From Pseudogymnoascus verrucosus (lineage: Eukaryota): 64,000 nucleotides of DNA. The stretch is taken from the NCBI GenBank assembly GCA_001662655.1, contig KV460229.1. The stretch is one strand, 5' to 3'. Position 1 is the first letter of the stretch, and each line of letters opens with the position of its first letter. Made by a program: the position numbers and the translations under genes. Positions 1 through 10,519 of the stretch are shown here, in pieces. The notes below the pieces were generated by a model. It had not been told where the DNA came from, did no database searches, and worked only from the letters and a program-made list of their open reading frames with translations.

Positions 1-4
1 TACA

Positions 5-27
5 CCTAACCCTAACCCTAACCCTAA
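5..27 (+). repeat. Telomere repeat (CCCTAA)n, about 4 units
   Basis: cctaaccctaaccctaaccctaa at the window start, in the C-rich orientation expected at a left chromosome end. It is preceded by 4 non-repeat bases (taca). Confidence 0.85.
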
Positions 28-424
28 GCTGTTTAACGAAACCTGCCTAAGTAATGAAGATATCCTTAGTTCCCTAATTAGCCGTCGTGGTAACCCTTCC
101 GTCAGCTGCACAGTAGCTCATGTAGTCAGTTAGGTAGTTAGTAATCTAGTCTAAGGCAGCACCCCTTAAGAGGGCTACGGCCCACAAGACCTATTACACT
201 TTAAAGGCGAAGTATTTAGCGTTAAAGGCCATCTACAACTCCGTCTAGATGAGGAAGCTCTTAAGCTTCTTACAGTCCCCGTTAAAGGTGTCTAGGAATG
301 CAATCTTAAGTTTGTCTAAGGGGTAAGGCCCTCTAGGCGTAGGCGTGGTAGTAGGCGAAGGGACAGGCTCTATAGCCGCCTTCCCTTTCGTCCCTACGTT
401 AGAGGTAGAGTCGTTTCTAGCCAT
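28..424 (-). pseudogene. Ty3/gypsy gag, 5' part, RIP-mutated and truncated by the telomere repeats
   Basis: ATG at 424 reads MARNDSTS...KLKIAFLDTFNGDCKKLKSFLI*TEL*MAFNAKYF...VLWAVALLRGAALD*ITNYL...FIT*AGFVKQL. This fits the fungal gypsy gag pattern (P.xF.GDRKKL..FL.Q; L.G.A..W). The stops are TAG/TAA at Gln/Trp positions. Confidence 0.8.
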
Positions 425-470
425 GTTGCTTTGTATATGAGCCGGTACCTCGTAGAAGTAGTGCTCAAAG

Positions 471-999
471 TGTAACGCTAGGTCTTAAACTATAAGACTC
501 ACAGAGGTTTCGTTGCGTTAGTTTACTTAACAGAGGAGGCAGGGGATTAGACATAAAGGCTTTGTAAAACACGTTATAGTATATAACAAAATACTATATT
601 AAGTTAAGCACGAAGCTCCTATCTAAGGAATAACTATCTACTTATATAGTAGCGTCGTGCTAAAGGGAATAGTTAGAATAGTAGACTCTCTAACTATTCT
701 CACTATTCCTACTAATCTAATTACGTGTGTGTCCTATAAGAGGTGCCACACTTATTATAGGTACCGATTCCTATAGGTGCCTTTCTAAGGAGGCACCTTA
801 CTCTACACAGGTGCCTTTTCTAATAGGCACCTCTCCTTTGCCAGGTACCTTCTAAGAAAGGTACCTTTTCCTAAAGGTGCCCTCATTAACTAAGCTACCT
901 ACAATCTCTACGTCCATTTCCTGCTGCCAATTAGCCGCAAGCTATTTTACCTTATTATTCCATCTTACGGCATATTAGTTGCATGTCTCAGCTGTAACA
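471..999 (-). mobile_element. 5' LTR (529 bp) of the gypsy element
   Basis: TG...CA ends (tgtaacgc...gctgtaaca), 46 bp upstream of the gag ATG. A minus-strand TATATAA lies at 648-642. Bases 471-~720 are repeated at 12693-~12945. Confidence 0.85.
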
Positions 1000-1074
1000 C
1001 TAATCCCCTACCTCCTCTATTAAGTAAACTAATAAAACCTCTATAAGTCTTATAGTTTAAGACCTAGCATTATA
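1000..1074 (+). mobile_element. Fragment of a second copy of the same LTR, opposite orientation
   Basis: ctaatcccctacctcctctattaagtaaact...ctctataagtcttatagtttaagacctagcattata is the reverse complement of about 471-550, with RIP transitions and a small deletion. Confidence 0.8.
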
Positions 1075-3250
1075 GTAAAGTAACCTATATAACCTACTTT
1101 ATAACATACTATAATAGAAAATATATATAATCTTACTATCTTATAGTTATACTTATACTCCTTCCTTACTCTATTAGCTTAGTACTTTTAAGCAACCTTT
1201 TAGTTTACTTTACTTTACTTATCTTTTCTCTACTATCTTTACCTTTTACTCTTTACTTATATCTTACTATTATATATTTAAAGGACTTATATATTACTAG
1301 CTAAGTCTAACTCTTAGATTAGTATAGGGTCTAGCTTATCTAAAACTATTCTCTAGTTAACATAGCTAGAGAATTAGGTTGTTATAGGTAATATCTATAG
1401 ATCTAAAGGAATATATACTTCTTAGAATATTAAGTATAATATTAAGTATAATCTCCTCTTAGCCTAAATGCTATAATTTAACCTTAACTACTACCTTTTA
1501 TAATAGAGATTATAGTGTTTAAGCTTTAGGTTTAGCACCTACCCTAATTAGGCAACATATATACATAGGCCTACTACTACTTTTAACTTCTATAAAACAA
1601 CTACTCCCCTCCCCCTTAACTCTATCCCTCTTTACTATTACTCTTCCCTCTTAATACTCTTATACCTACTATACTTATTATATAACACTTAGCCCTATCT
1701 ACCCCCTTTATACTATATAGCCCTACCTAATAGATCCTACTACTTAGCCTTACTATAGCTAAAAACCCCTAGTAGCACATAAACGCCTTTATAGAGCTAT
1801 AACCTTAATCTATACTATCTATACTAAGCTCTTTATAATAGTAAAGGGGCCTTTTAAGCATTAACATCTAGTCTTTAGACTAGTTAAGATAGGAGAACAA
1901 GCTAAGCTACATTCTACTTAACCTACCTCTCTTATACCCTTCCTTATTACTATATATATCTAAAGCCTCTTATAACTATAGTATATATAATCTACCTTAA
2001 GAGTGCCTTATATAACAACCTAGCTAATTATAAAAATGCTTTATAATAATGTAGCTAGCTTTTATAAAGACTACTATATAGTATATTTTATAACGTTATA
2101 AGTTATAAGTACTAGTAGTAACAACTACCTTAGTCTAGGCTAATCTTTAAGAGAAGGGCTAATTTAAGATTAAAGTAAAGATTCCTCTTAAAGGCTATTA
2201 TAATTACAACTATCCTTATGTTATAGGTTATTACTATTAACCTTTGTTTTAAGGTGCTTATTTAGGAATAGTACTAGGATTATAGATAAATGAATATAGA
2301 GAATAGATAATTATTATTAGGTAGGTAGAGTTATCTAACCTTAGATGCTACTCTATCTAGCCTTTATATAGTTAGTTAGGGCTTATAAGTAGTTGCCTTT
2401 ATAACATATATAGTCTAGATATAATTCCTCCTTTTAGTAGGAGAGGGGCTAACTATAGTACTAAACACTTAGTTAAGAGTAGGACTCTACTCTTAAGACT
2501 ACTTAAGTTATAGTAGCATAGTTACTAGAGTGCCTAGGAATACAACATATCTTACTCCTCTTTAACATAAATACCTAGTTAGTTAAATTAGGGTTAAGCT
2601 TAGGGTAGAAAGTTTACTACCTAGCTATAAAGTATAGAAAAGGAAGGGGGGTAATATATAGAGTATAGCTATAGAGTATAGGGAATAATAAGGTAATATA
2701 GTAAAGACTAGGGAAGTAAAGGGGCTTATAGATTCTAGTAAGTTAACAGAGTAGTATAACTATCTAAATCTCTATATAAGCTCCTTTATTTCTACTTAAG
2801 AGATATGTTTTAAAGACTACTCTCTTACTTAACACCCTACTCTATTTAGTATAGCTACTATAAATATAAACTATATTAAATTCTATAACCCTAATCTTAT
2901 ATTAAAGGTCTTATACACTTAGCTAATAAGGTTAGAGGACCTATAGTCTTTATAACCTAGTATATTACTACTTAGAGACATAGAGTTAGTATAGAATGTT
3001 TAAGATAGCAACCTTAAAATAACACTCTTCTATCTCTTAATAAGTTGTTCTAAGGCTTCTAAAATAGAGACATCCCTTAAGTACTACATTAGAACTATAA
3101 GCCCCTCTATATCTTAAAGTACTAACTAATTAATAAGAGCTATTTACTTACTAATGCTATAACCCTAAATTTAGTCTATATACTAGGTAATAATTAAAGT
3201 AGGTTTCTTAGCTTACATTTATATGCCTATATACCTTACTAATTCTATAT
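1075..3250. other. Heavily RIP-mutated sequence, not assignable
   Basis: Very AT-rich with TpA excess and CpA/TpG depletion; no long ORF and no motif I could identify. Confidence 0.6.
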
Positions 3251-3251
3251 A

Positions 3252-4670
3252 GAAGAGCCCCTAATTATTAAAGATAATAGTAATAATAAAAGTAATAATA
3301 AAGCTAAGGCTAGAGTTGCCTTAAGTAATCTCTAGCCTTAGCTTCTTACTAGCATTAAGGACTAAGACATAAGTAAGTATAGCCTAGCTACTTAAGATAC
3401 TGCCTTAACTACTAGTAGCCTATTTAGCCTATCTACTCCTTAAGACTTAGATTACCTTAGTACTAATTGTTTCTCTAGGGATAGACAACAATGCTAGTCT
3501 TTTATAGAGCTAGACTTAACATTCCCTATTTAGGTTTAACAACCTTCTCTAAATTACTCTAAGACAATAGGTTATAATTAAATTTACTAAGGTGTTAAGA
3601 AGACTATAGTTAACAAAATAAGACCTTCTTATTATAACCCTCTATATAAGAGGGCTAGTAGATTATATAACTATAGTAGTATATATAACATTAAGGATAA
3701 AGTATAATAAACTTCTATAAAAGTAAGGTAGGCATTACTACCTTTAAGCATAGCTTACTCCTAATATAATTAGATAGACTAGGAAAGTTAAAATAATATA
3801 GACGTTTAAGGTATTTTAAGTAAAGACTAATTATAGGAAAAGACAATTAAATAGCTACATTACTAATAAAAAGCATAAGAAGACAAAGATAGGGATAATA
3901 TAGAGGTAACTAGTAGTAAGGATAAGGGCCTAATTAGCTATAGCTAGCAATTAAAGGATAGCCCTTAGTACTAATAGCTAGAAGACAAGACTATAGTTAA
4001 GGCCCCTCTCTTATAAGTCTACTAACATAGCATTAAACTATATTATAATAAAAATGAGGATAATAATAATAACAATGATAAGGACAAGGACATATAGCCT
4101 CTAAGATAATAAAAGTAGTGCTATATAGATTATAATATAACTATTACTACTATAAGTAAGAAAGTTACTATAGCCTAAGCCTAGACCTATACTACTTAAG
4201 GTTCTATAGATCCTTAAAGTTTACTAGACAATATAGAGTTAATAGGTGTAGACTACTAAGAATACCCTTTATAGGGCTTCCTTAAGTGTATAAGGATTAG
4301 ATAAGAGACAACTTACAACCTAGAGTTTAAGCTATTAGACCTTCTAGATTCGTTTAGACTATTAATTAGTCTCTATATATTAAATTCTATGTCTAGTAGG
4401 GAATTAGCTAGAAAATCAGCTTACCTATAGGTTTACACATCTTATATAAAGAGGTTAAGTCCTACCTAATAGAAGTAGAAAAAGCATAGACATCTCTAAT
4501 ATATAGTAGGAGAAGATAATTTACTAATGTACCTTAAGAAGAAGGGCTTACTATAGAAAGAGATACATTAGGCTTTTATCTATGCTTTTTTAGACAGGAG
4601 CATTAGATTGCTTTAAGTATACTATTATAATAAGTTAAAGGACAGAGACTCTAAATCTAATAACAAATAG
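3252..4670 (+). pseudogene. RIP-mutated Myb/SANT-domain gene (start uncertain)
   Basis: 4260-4334 reads EYPL*GFLKCIRIR*ETTYNLEFKL. 4500-4670 reads YIVGEDNLLMYLKKKGLL*KEIH*AFIYAFLDRSIRLL*VYYYNKLKDRD, which de-RIPs to a Myb repeat (EED..L..LK..GLPW.EI...FP.RS.G.LQVHY..KLK). Confidence 0.7.
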
Positions 4671-4688
4671 AATTATTTGTTAATTATA

Positions 4689-6528
4689 ATGTATTTTATA
4701 AGCAAGTCGTCATTATAAGCAAGTTGGCACTAAAAACACTAAAACATGTTAACGAGATTATAGTTAACAATGCCATAACTAACATAAGCTAAATCCTCTA
4801 ATTAAGAGGATAGAATACTATTAGCTATCTAGGTAATTAAACAAGGCAATTATTAAACTATTTAAGTAGCTATAGTATCATATAACGTGCCCTATACAAC
4901 CTTAAGTAACTAGATCTATAGTATAGCTTCTTAATGCAACTCTACTCCTAACTTACATAAGTTAACTCTATATAAAGAGTTAGCTCTCGTTTAGTACATC
5001 CTTAACCTAGATTCACATAGATTTCTACCTAGGCTATAAGCTATGTAAGAAATAGTAGACCTTCTACTCTCTAAATAAGGCACAAGCCCTATTAGGATAA
5101 ACTAGACTACTAACTTCATTAAGCGTCATATAGAAATTAAAGCAAAGTTTAGTTAGAAATACAATTATAAACAAGTAAAATGCAAAGATCCTAAGATAAT
5201 TTAAGGGTAGTTCTCTCTTATATAAAACATAGTTGTAAAATACAGCATCTTAGACTAGGATATCTACAACTTTAATAAAGTAGGTTTTGTAATGGGAGTT
5301 ATTACTACTATAAAAGTAGTTATAAGCTTAGAAGTAAAGAGCTATCTAAAGACTATACAGCTAGGGAATAGAGAGTAGGTGTTAATTATTTAAGGTGTTA
5401 ATTTATATAGATGGGCACTCCTACCATTCATCATTTTTAAGGCATAGAATTACCTCTCTACTTAGTATAAGGACTTAGGATTACTAGACGATTAGGTGAT
5501 TACATTAAGTAAGAATAGGTAGACTTTAAATTTAATTAGGTATAAGTAGATTTAACACTTTAATCAACATATAAGCACTTATATAATTAGAACCTATTAC
5601 CTTCTTATTCTTAACGGACATAAGAGCTACCTCTTAGCTTAATTTTAACACTATTATATAGAATAGAAGATAATTACTCTCTATATACTACTATACTTAT
5701 TATACATTCTTTAGCTACTTAATGTTAGCTACTTTACTCTACTAAAGCTTTTATATAGACGTTAGATTAAAACCTTTATATAGAATAGGCTAAACTACAT
5801 TATAAAGCTTAAGTTTCTCTCTACATTTAAAGAAGCATTTAAAGCTACATTTATAGAGTAGAATATTAAGAGTAGGTTCTAAGCTATAGGACTAGTTCTA
5901 TATAAGCTATAGAATGTCCTCTCTTACTTAAATCTACACTTAAGGACTCTAACTCCTCCTATAGTTAAGAGTAACAATTAGACTTTAAAGACCCCTTAAA
6001 CTATAAGGGAGCTTAATTTTTAAACAGAGCATATTAAGAACTACATTATACAACATTAGAATAGCTCTCCTAGCTTAATTAATGACGTACTAAGCTAGCT
6101 TACTAAAGGAGCTTAGGTTATAATGCATTCTACTATTCTACTTAAGGTAGAAGTTAAGGCTCTATAAGCAGCTAATAAATAGAAAAAGAGGAGGGAAAGG
6201 AAGCGTAAGAGGCATATAATGTAAGGGGGTAGTCTCTCTATATAAGAGGGGGAGGATATCGTTTAAAGTGCTAAAGTTAAAGCTTAAGTCTATATAGAGG
6301 TAGTAAGTAAGAGTAGTTAGTAGGTAGGCTCTAAGGGCTAATAGAAGCGCTATGGCTAATGTAAGAAAATTAGACATAATACCTATACGTGTAAGAGGCG
6401 CTAGGAATTAATTACAATTGAATAAGGGTTATTATGTATAGTGGTAGTGTAGTAGTAGGCAGTAATAGTTAATTTTAGTGTTTTTAGTGCTAACTTACTT
6501 GTAATGACAACTCGCTTATGAAATACGT
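4689..6528 (+). mobile_element. Fot1/pogo (Tc1-mariner) DNA transposon, full length (1840 bp), RIP-inactivated
   Basis: TIRs of about 56 bp (atgtattttataagcaagtcgtcattataagcaagttggcactaaaaacactaaaa / ttttagtgtttttagtgctaacttacttgtaatgacaactcgcttatgaaatacgt) with TA on both sides. The transposase relic (~4770-6423) has DIYNFNKVGFVMG, LLILNGHKSY, HIL*LLNVSYF and a C-terminal CCHC remnant. Confidence 0.93.
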
Positions 6529-7989
6529 TATAGGTTTTATCTTCTATAAATTCCCTTATGCTACGTAAATTATTAAGACGTTACTATAACGCTTATAACC
6601 CTAGTAACTTTGCTATTTAGCTAACTCCTATTAAGCTAATGCAAGCTTTGAAACAGCTGCTGAGAACGCGACTATATAGTATAGACTACTATATAGTAAA
6701 CGTTACAATATAGTGTCTTTACTCTATACCCTGCCTATAACAGGAACGCGGACCCCTAGAGCGTAATATAGACTAAGGGTTGTACTTAACTATAATGTGA
6801 CTGCTACTACCCTGTTCGCTATGGACCCCTTTTCAACCTTAGGTTTCTAAATCCCTCAAACCTAACCTACCTAGGTTCGGTTAGGCTAGGTTGGTAGGTT
6901 ACCTGCCTAAAGCACCATCAACAGGGACACCCTAACCTAACTTCGGCGGTTCATCGTCCGCGGCGCAACTGTACGTCATCGTGAAAACCAGCACGACCCT
7001 CAACACCCACCTAGTGTTCAGTGGTGTCCAGTGCAGATACCTATATAGTGGGCAGTTAAATCGCGTCAGCAGGTTTTGCGGATCTTCGCCAACCCCCCGT
7101 TGACAAGTTTTTATTTCTCTTCTCTTCTACTCTTGGAAACCTCGGCCGCTGAAATGTCTCGGTCCATTACTAAAAGCCTGCCAACAGGGGTAGGTCACCA
7201 TGTCCGCACTGACATCGTGGCCCCATTTCAGAGCTTTGTACGAGTGGTTATCCGCGCCTTGAATCAAGCTCCGTTAAAAAGTCAGCAGGGAAAGTACTGT
7301 AACAACCACCGCGTAAATCGGTCCCTATTCAAAAGTCAAGTCACGGGGTCAGCTATTTTGAGGCGTGTGAGGATGTTGAAGTTGGAGAGGAAGCTGGAGA
7401 AGATGGAGACAGAGGAGAATTGAAATAGAGTACCCTCAGGCAAGCGCGCCAGTGATTAGTTACACGGATCATGTTGGGCTAAGCTGAAGCGTATGATCAA
7501 CAGTGATGCAACTATACAGGAGACTACTCGAGTAGAGCACCCTTCTCCACGAGTAACGTACTGCGTCGGTGGAGGGGGGTCGAGGAGGGTTTAGTGGAGT
7601 CGCTGCTGGACTATACAGCAGCTATCCTGCAAACGGTGGCCGGTGAGAACAGGGTCTCAGTGTGGGGTTGAGGGGATTACCGCGTCGTCTTACCATGAAC
7701 GGTGCAAGGTTGCGCAGTGTAGGACAATGCAGCCGTATAGTACGGCTGTACCATAGTATGTATGTACAACAGCACGGCTCGGGGAATAGGAAACGGTGGC
7801 AGGCCGACTCGCCGACTCGCCGCCCCCTCGCCCCCCCCCCCACAATGAACCGCATCGTCACTGTGCATAAGCACTTTCCAGCAAGACTGTAAGCAGCCGT
7901 CAAGATCGTCACGGGGGCGTCCTTGTCGTGAGTGGTTCAAGTGGAGGCGAGGGTGGAGAGGGCGTTGGATGGTTGGAAACTTCTTCAAG

Positions 7990-9252
7990 ACCTTCCCTGG
8001 CCGCCGATCCGCAACTAGCAACTTTAATGTTCAACTTCGGGCCCCACCTTTTAGTAGCTTCCCCGCGGGATACGGGAAACTCGCAGTCACTTGCCGCAAA
8101 TCTAGAAGGAATCTAGAAGGAATCTAGAATGAAGTTTACGATCCCCCCTGGCAGAGTAAATACACTAACAACATCAATATCGAGATGAACTACTGGCTAG
8201 CGGAAGTTACTAATGCCATCTTTGACCTTATTAATGTAGCTAGGGGCCGTGGGGAGGATACTGCCACAGAATTGTACGGATGCACGAATGGCGGGTTCAT
8301 ATTACACCATAATATCAATCTCTAGGGTGATGCAGCCCCTAATGATCACGGGACGCTGACCATGATGTGGCCTATGGGCAGAGCTCAGTTCTCTCTCCAT
8401 CTCATAGAGCACTATAGCTTCACGGGGGACAAGGGCTTCCAGAAAAACCGTGCCTAGCCGGTCCTCTAAAGCGCCGAGAATTTCTATGACTATTACTTCT
8501 TCGAGCACGAGGGGTATTATATCACTAGCCCCTTGCTATTACCAGAGGATACTTTCATCGTCCCCCTAGGCATAGAAACGGCTAGTGCGACAGAGGTAAT
8601 TGATATAAGCCTAACTATGTACAACTCAATCCTCCATGAACTTTTCACCACCGTAATCATAACCTGCAGCGTCTTAGGTATAAGAGGCCCCGACCTAATA
8701 AATGCCTAAATCTACCGTGAAAGGATCGAACCCCTGCAAATAGGATCAAAAGGGTGGATTTTAGAACGGCGAAACGAGTTCACCGAGGCCGATGCAGGAC
8801 ACCGTCACAGGGGTCTTATCTTCGGCCTTTCCCTAGCTCGCAAATGGCACCGCTTGAAAACTCCACCCTTGTGGCAGATACAAAAGTCCTAATTAATAAC
8901 CGTATGAGCAGCAGGTTAGGAAGCATAGGCTAGTCGTGTAATTGGGTTCTTAACTGCTACGCCCTCCTTTTCGCCACTGACATAGCGTTGGAAAATGCCG
9001 TGATTCCTAATTCCTACAAACGTTTCCCTCTAATAACCCCTAGAACACTGACGGGGGCCTGGGACAGCGATGCAAATAGATAGGAACTTTGGTTTCGTAT
9101 CCAGGATCGCGGGGAAGCTTCTCCGAAGTCATAAGGTGGAGCATATTCTCCTAGCGCTTCCTGCTGCAGTGCCTGATGAGAGTGTGAGGGGGCCGATCCT
9201 CTGGGGGGGATGGGGGTTGGGGTGGATATTACTTGCTCTGGCAACACATTGA
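7990..9252 (+). pseudogene. GH95 alpha-1,2-L-fucosidase, C-terminal catalytic part, pseudogene
   Basis: Motifs DPQLATLMFNFGPHLLVAS, ANLEGI, PPWQSKYTNNINIEMNYWLAE, HHNINL*GDAAP, MWPMG, GHRH and QIDRNFG. It carries several stops, frameshifts and an 11-bp duplication (atctagaagga) near 8100-8127. Confidence 0.88.
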
Positions 9253-9282
9253 CAAAGGCAACCACAACACTTAGTGGACGTC

Positions 9283-9391
9283 TGGTGAGGGGTAATCGGG
9301 ACCATCAGTGAGGGATAATCGGGACCATCTGATGGACCATCCGGTGGATCATTTAGTGTATCATCTGGTGAGGGGATAATCGCGACCATCC
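9283..9391. repeat. Three imperfect copies of a ~22-bp unit (gtgagggRtaatcgggaccatc)
   Basis: Copies near 9285, 9308 and 9368. Confidence 0.6.
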
Positions 9392-9575
9392 CTGTAGGTG
9401 GACCCAATCCCTTGTAAAGTAGAGCACTTTAGCTATTACCTAGGAAGGATGATTAAATTATGAAGGATTGTAAAGAGAAGGCAACAGTGCTTCGAGAATC
9501 TTCAAGGATCGTAAAGGGAAGGTGGCAGGCGTTTTAGGAAAAAGGAGATCAGGTGAGAAATCTAGTTCGGGCAGC

Positions 9576-9668
9576 TATTTACAAGTTTCTAAGACTATAT
9601 AAACCACCATATATACCCACAAGTTTTTAAATAGCACCTCATAAACAACCAATTTCGCGATACATACT
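9576..9668 (+). repeat. Direct repeat copy 1 (TATA and 5' leader of the secreted-protein gene)
   Basis: tatttacaagtttctaagactatataaaccaccatatata...cacaagtttttaaatagcacctcataaacaaccaatttcgcgatacatact, matching 10408-10517. Confidence 0.85.
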
Positions 9669-9709
9669 ACAAATTAACCCCGATTTTCTGTATTGTGCAA
9701 TCATCAAAG

Positions 9710-10301
9710 ATGCCGTATGTTTACCTTATGCCTGATCATGTTGCCTCTACTAACCCTCTAAAGTTCCCTATTAGCCATGACAGCTGGAGCGATCCTTGCC
9801 GTTACTACCGCAGTTAACGGCGCTACTCTTCCTATGGAAATCGTCGCTAATGCTCGAAACGCCACTGATCTACCATCCAAGCTTCAGGTAAATATCTCAA
9901 GTGTATTCATCGTCCTCGGAAACACTTCTAATGGCTTTCAGGCTCGCGATACTTTTTGCAAGATCTCATATGAGGGTGGTCATTCCTATGGTGGTGGTGG
10001 ACCTGGTCAAGCTGTCATTAATATCTATGGTTTCGGGATCAACACCTACGATTCATCCGGAAACTTTGTCTACGCCAGTCCCAAGCTCAAGGGCTACGGT
10101 TCTACAACGGTCTCGAAGAGTGACTGGAAAGGGAACTATGATTTCACCGTCTCCACTTCATATGATTTTCAAGGAGATACTTTCACCTCATGCAAATATC
10201 AGTATGGGGCCTCTTTGTATGATGGAACCATCTCTGGCCACACTGATCACAATTACGTTTCGGTCACGCACTCTTATTGCGAAATTTATCTTTCTTGTTA
10301 A
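9710..10301 (+). CDS. Small secreted Cys-containing protein (effector-like), 3 exons
   Basis: ATG at 9710, intron 9715-9763 (gtatgt..ctaac..aag) and a probable in-frame intron 9888-9941 (gtaaat..ctaat..cag). The product is signal peptide MPSLLAMTAGAILAVTTAVNG, a propeptide ending LQAR, and a 4-Cys beta-rich mature domain ending CEIYLSC. Confidence 0.8.
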
Positions 10302-10407
10302 GTAGTTGGTTTGGATTTTCTTTCCAATTCCAAGTTTCACGATCTCATGATGTTGACTATCGAATGAGCTCAGTATGTACAAGGAGGATTTCGATAGGAA
10401 GGAGAAG

Positions 10408-10517
10408 TATCTACAAGTTTCTGAGACTACAAACTACCATATATGCACTATTAAGTTGGGTAGTACACAAGTTTTCAAATAGCACATCATAAACAACCAA
10501 TTTCGCGATGCATACTT
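10408..10517 (+). repeat. Direct repeat copy 2
   Basis: tatctacaagtttctgagactacaaactaccatatatg..cacaagttttcaaatagcacatcataaacaaccaatttcgcgatgcatact. It lacks the TATATAA and has a short insertion relative to copy 1. Confidence 0.85.
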
Positions 10518-10519
10518 GA

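Noticed and set aside
6162..6377. 71-aa minus-strand ORF
   Set aside because: Antisense to the RIPed pogo transposase C-terminus.
6660..6945. Palindromic actatatagt repeats and cctaacc/ggttagg inverted motifs as an element terminus or interstitial telomere
   Set aside because: The motifs are short and imperfect, are not true CCCTAA arrays, and have no partner end or TSD that I could find.
1075..7000. Complete Starship element
   Set aside because: No DUF3435 tyrosine-recombinase captain and no definable boundary repeats are visible; only the Myb relic is suggestive.
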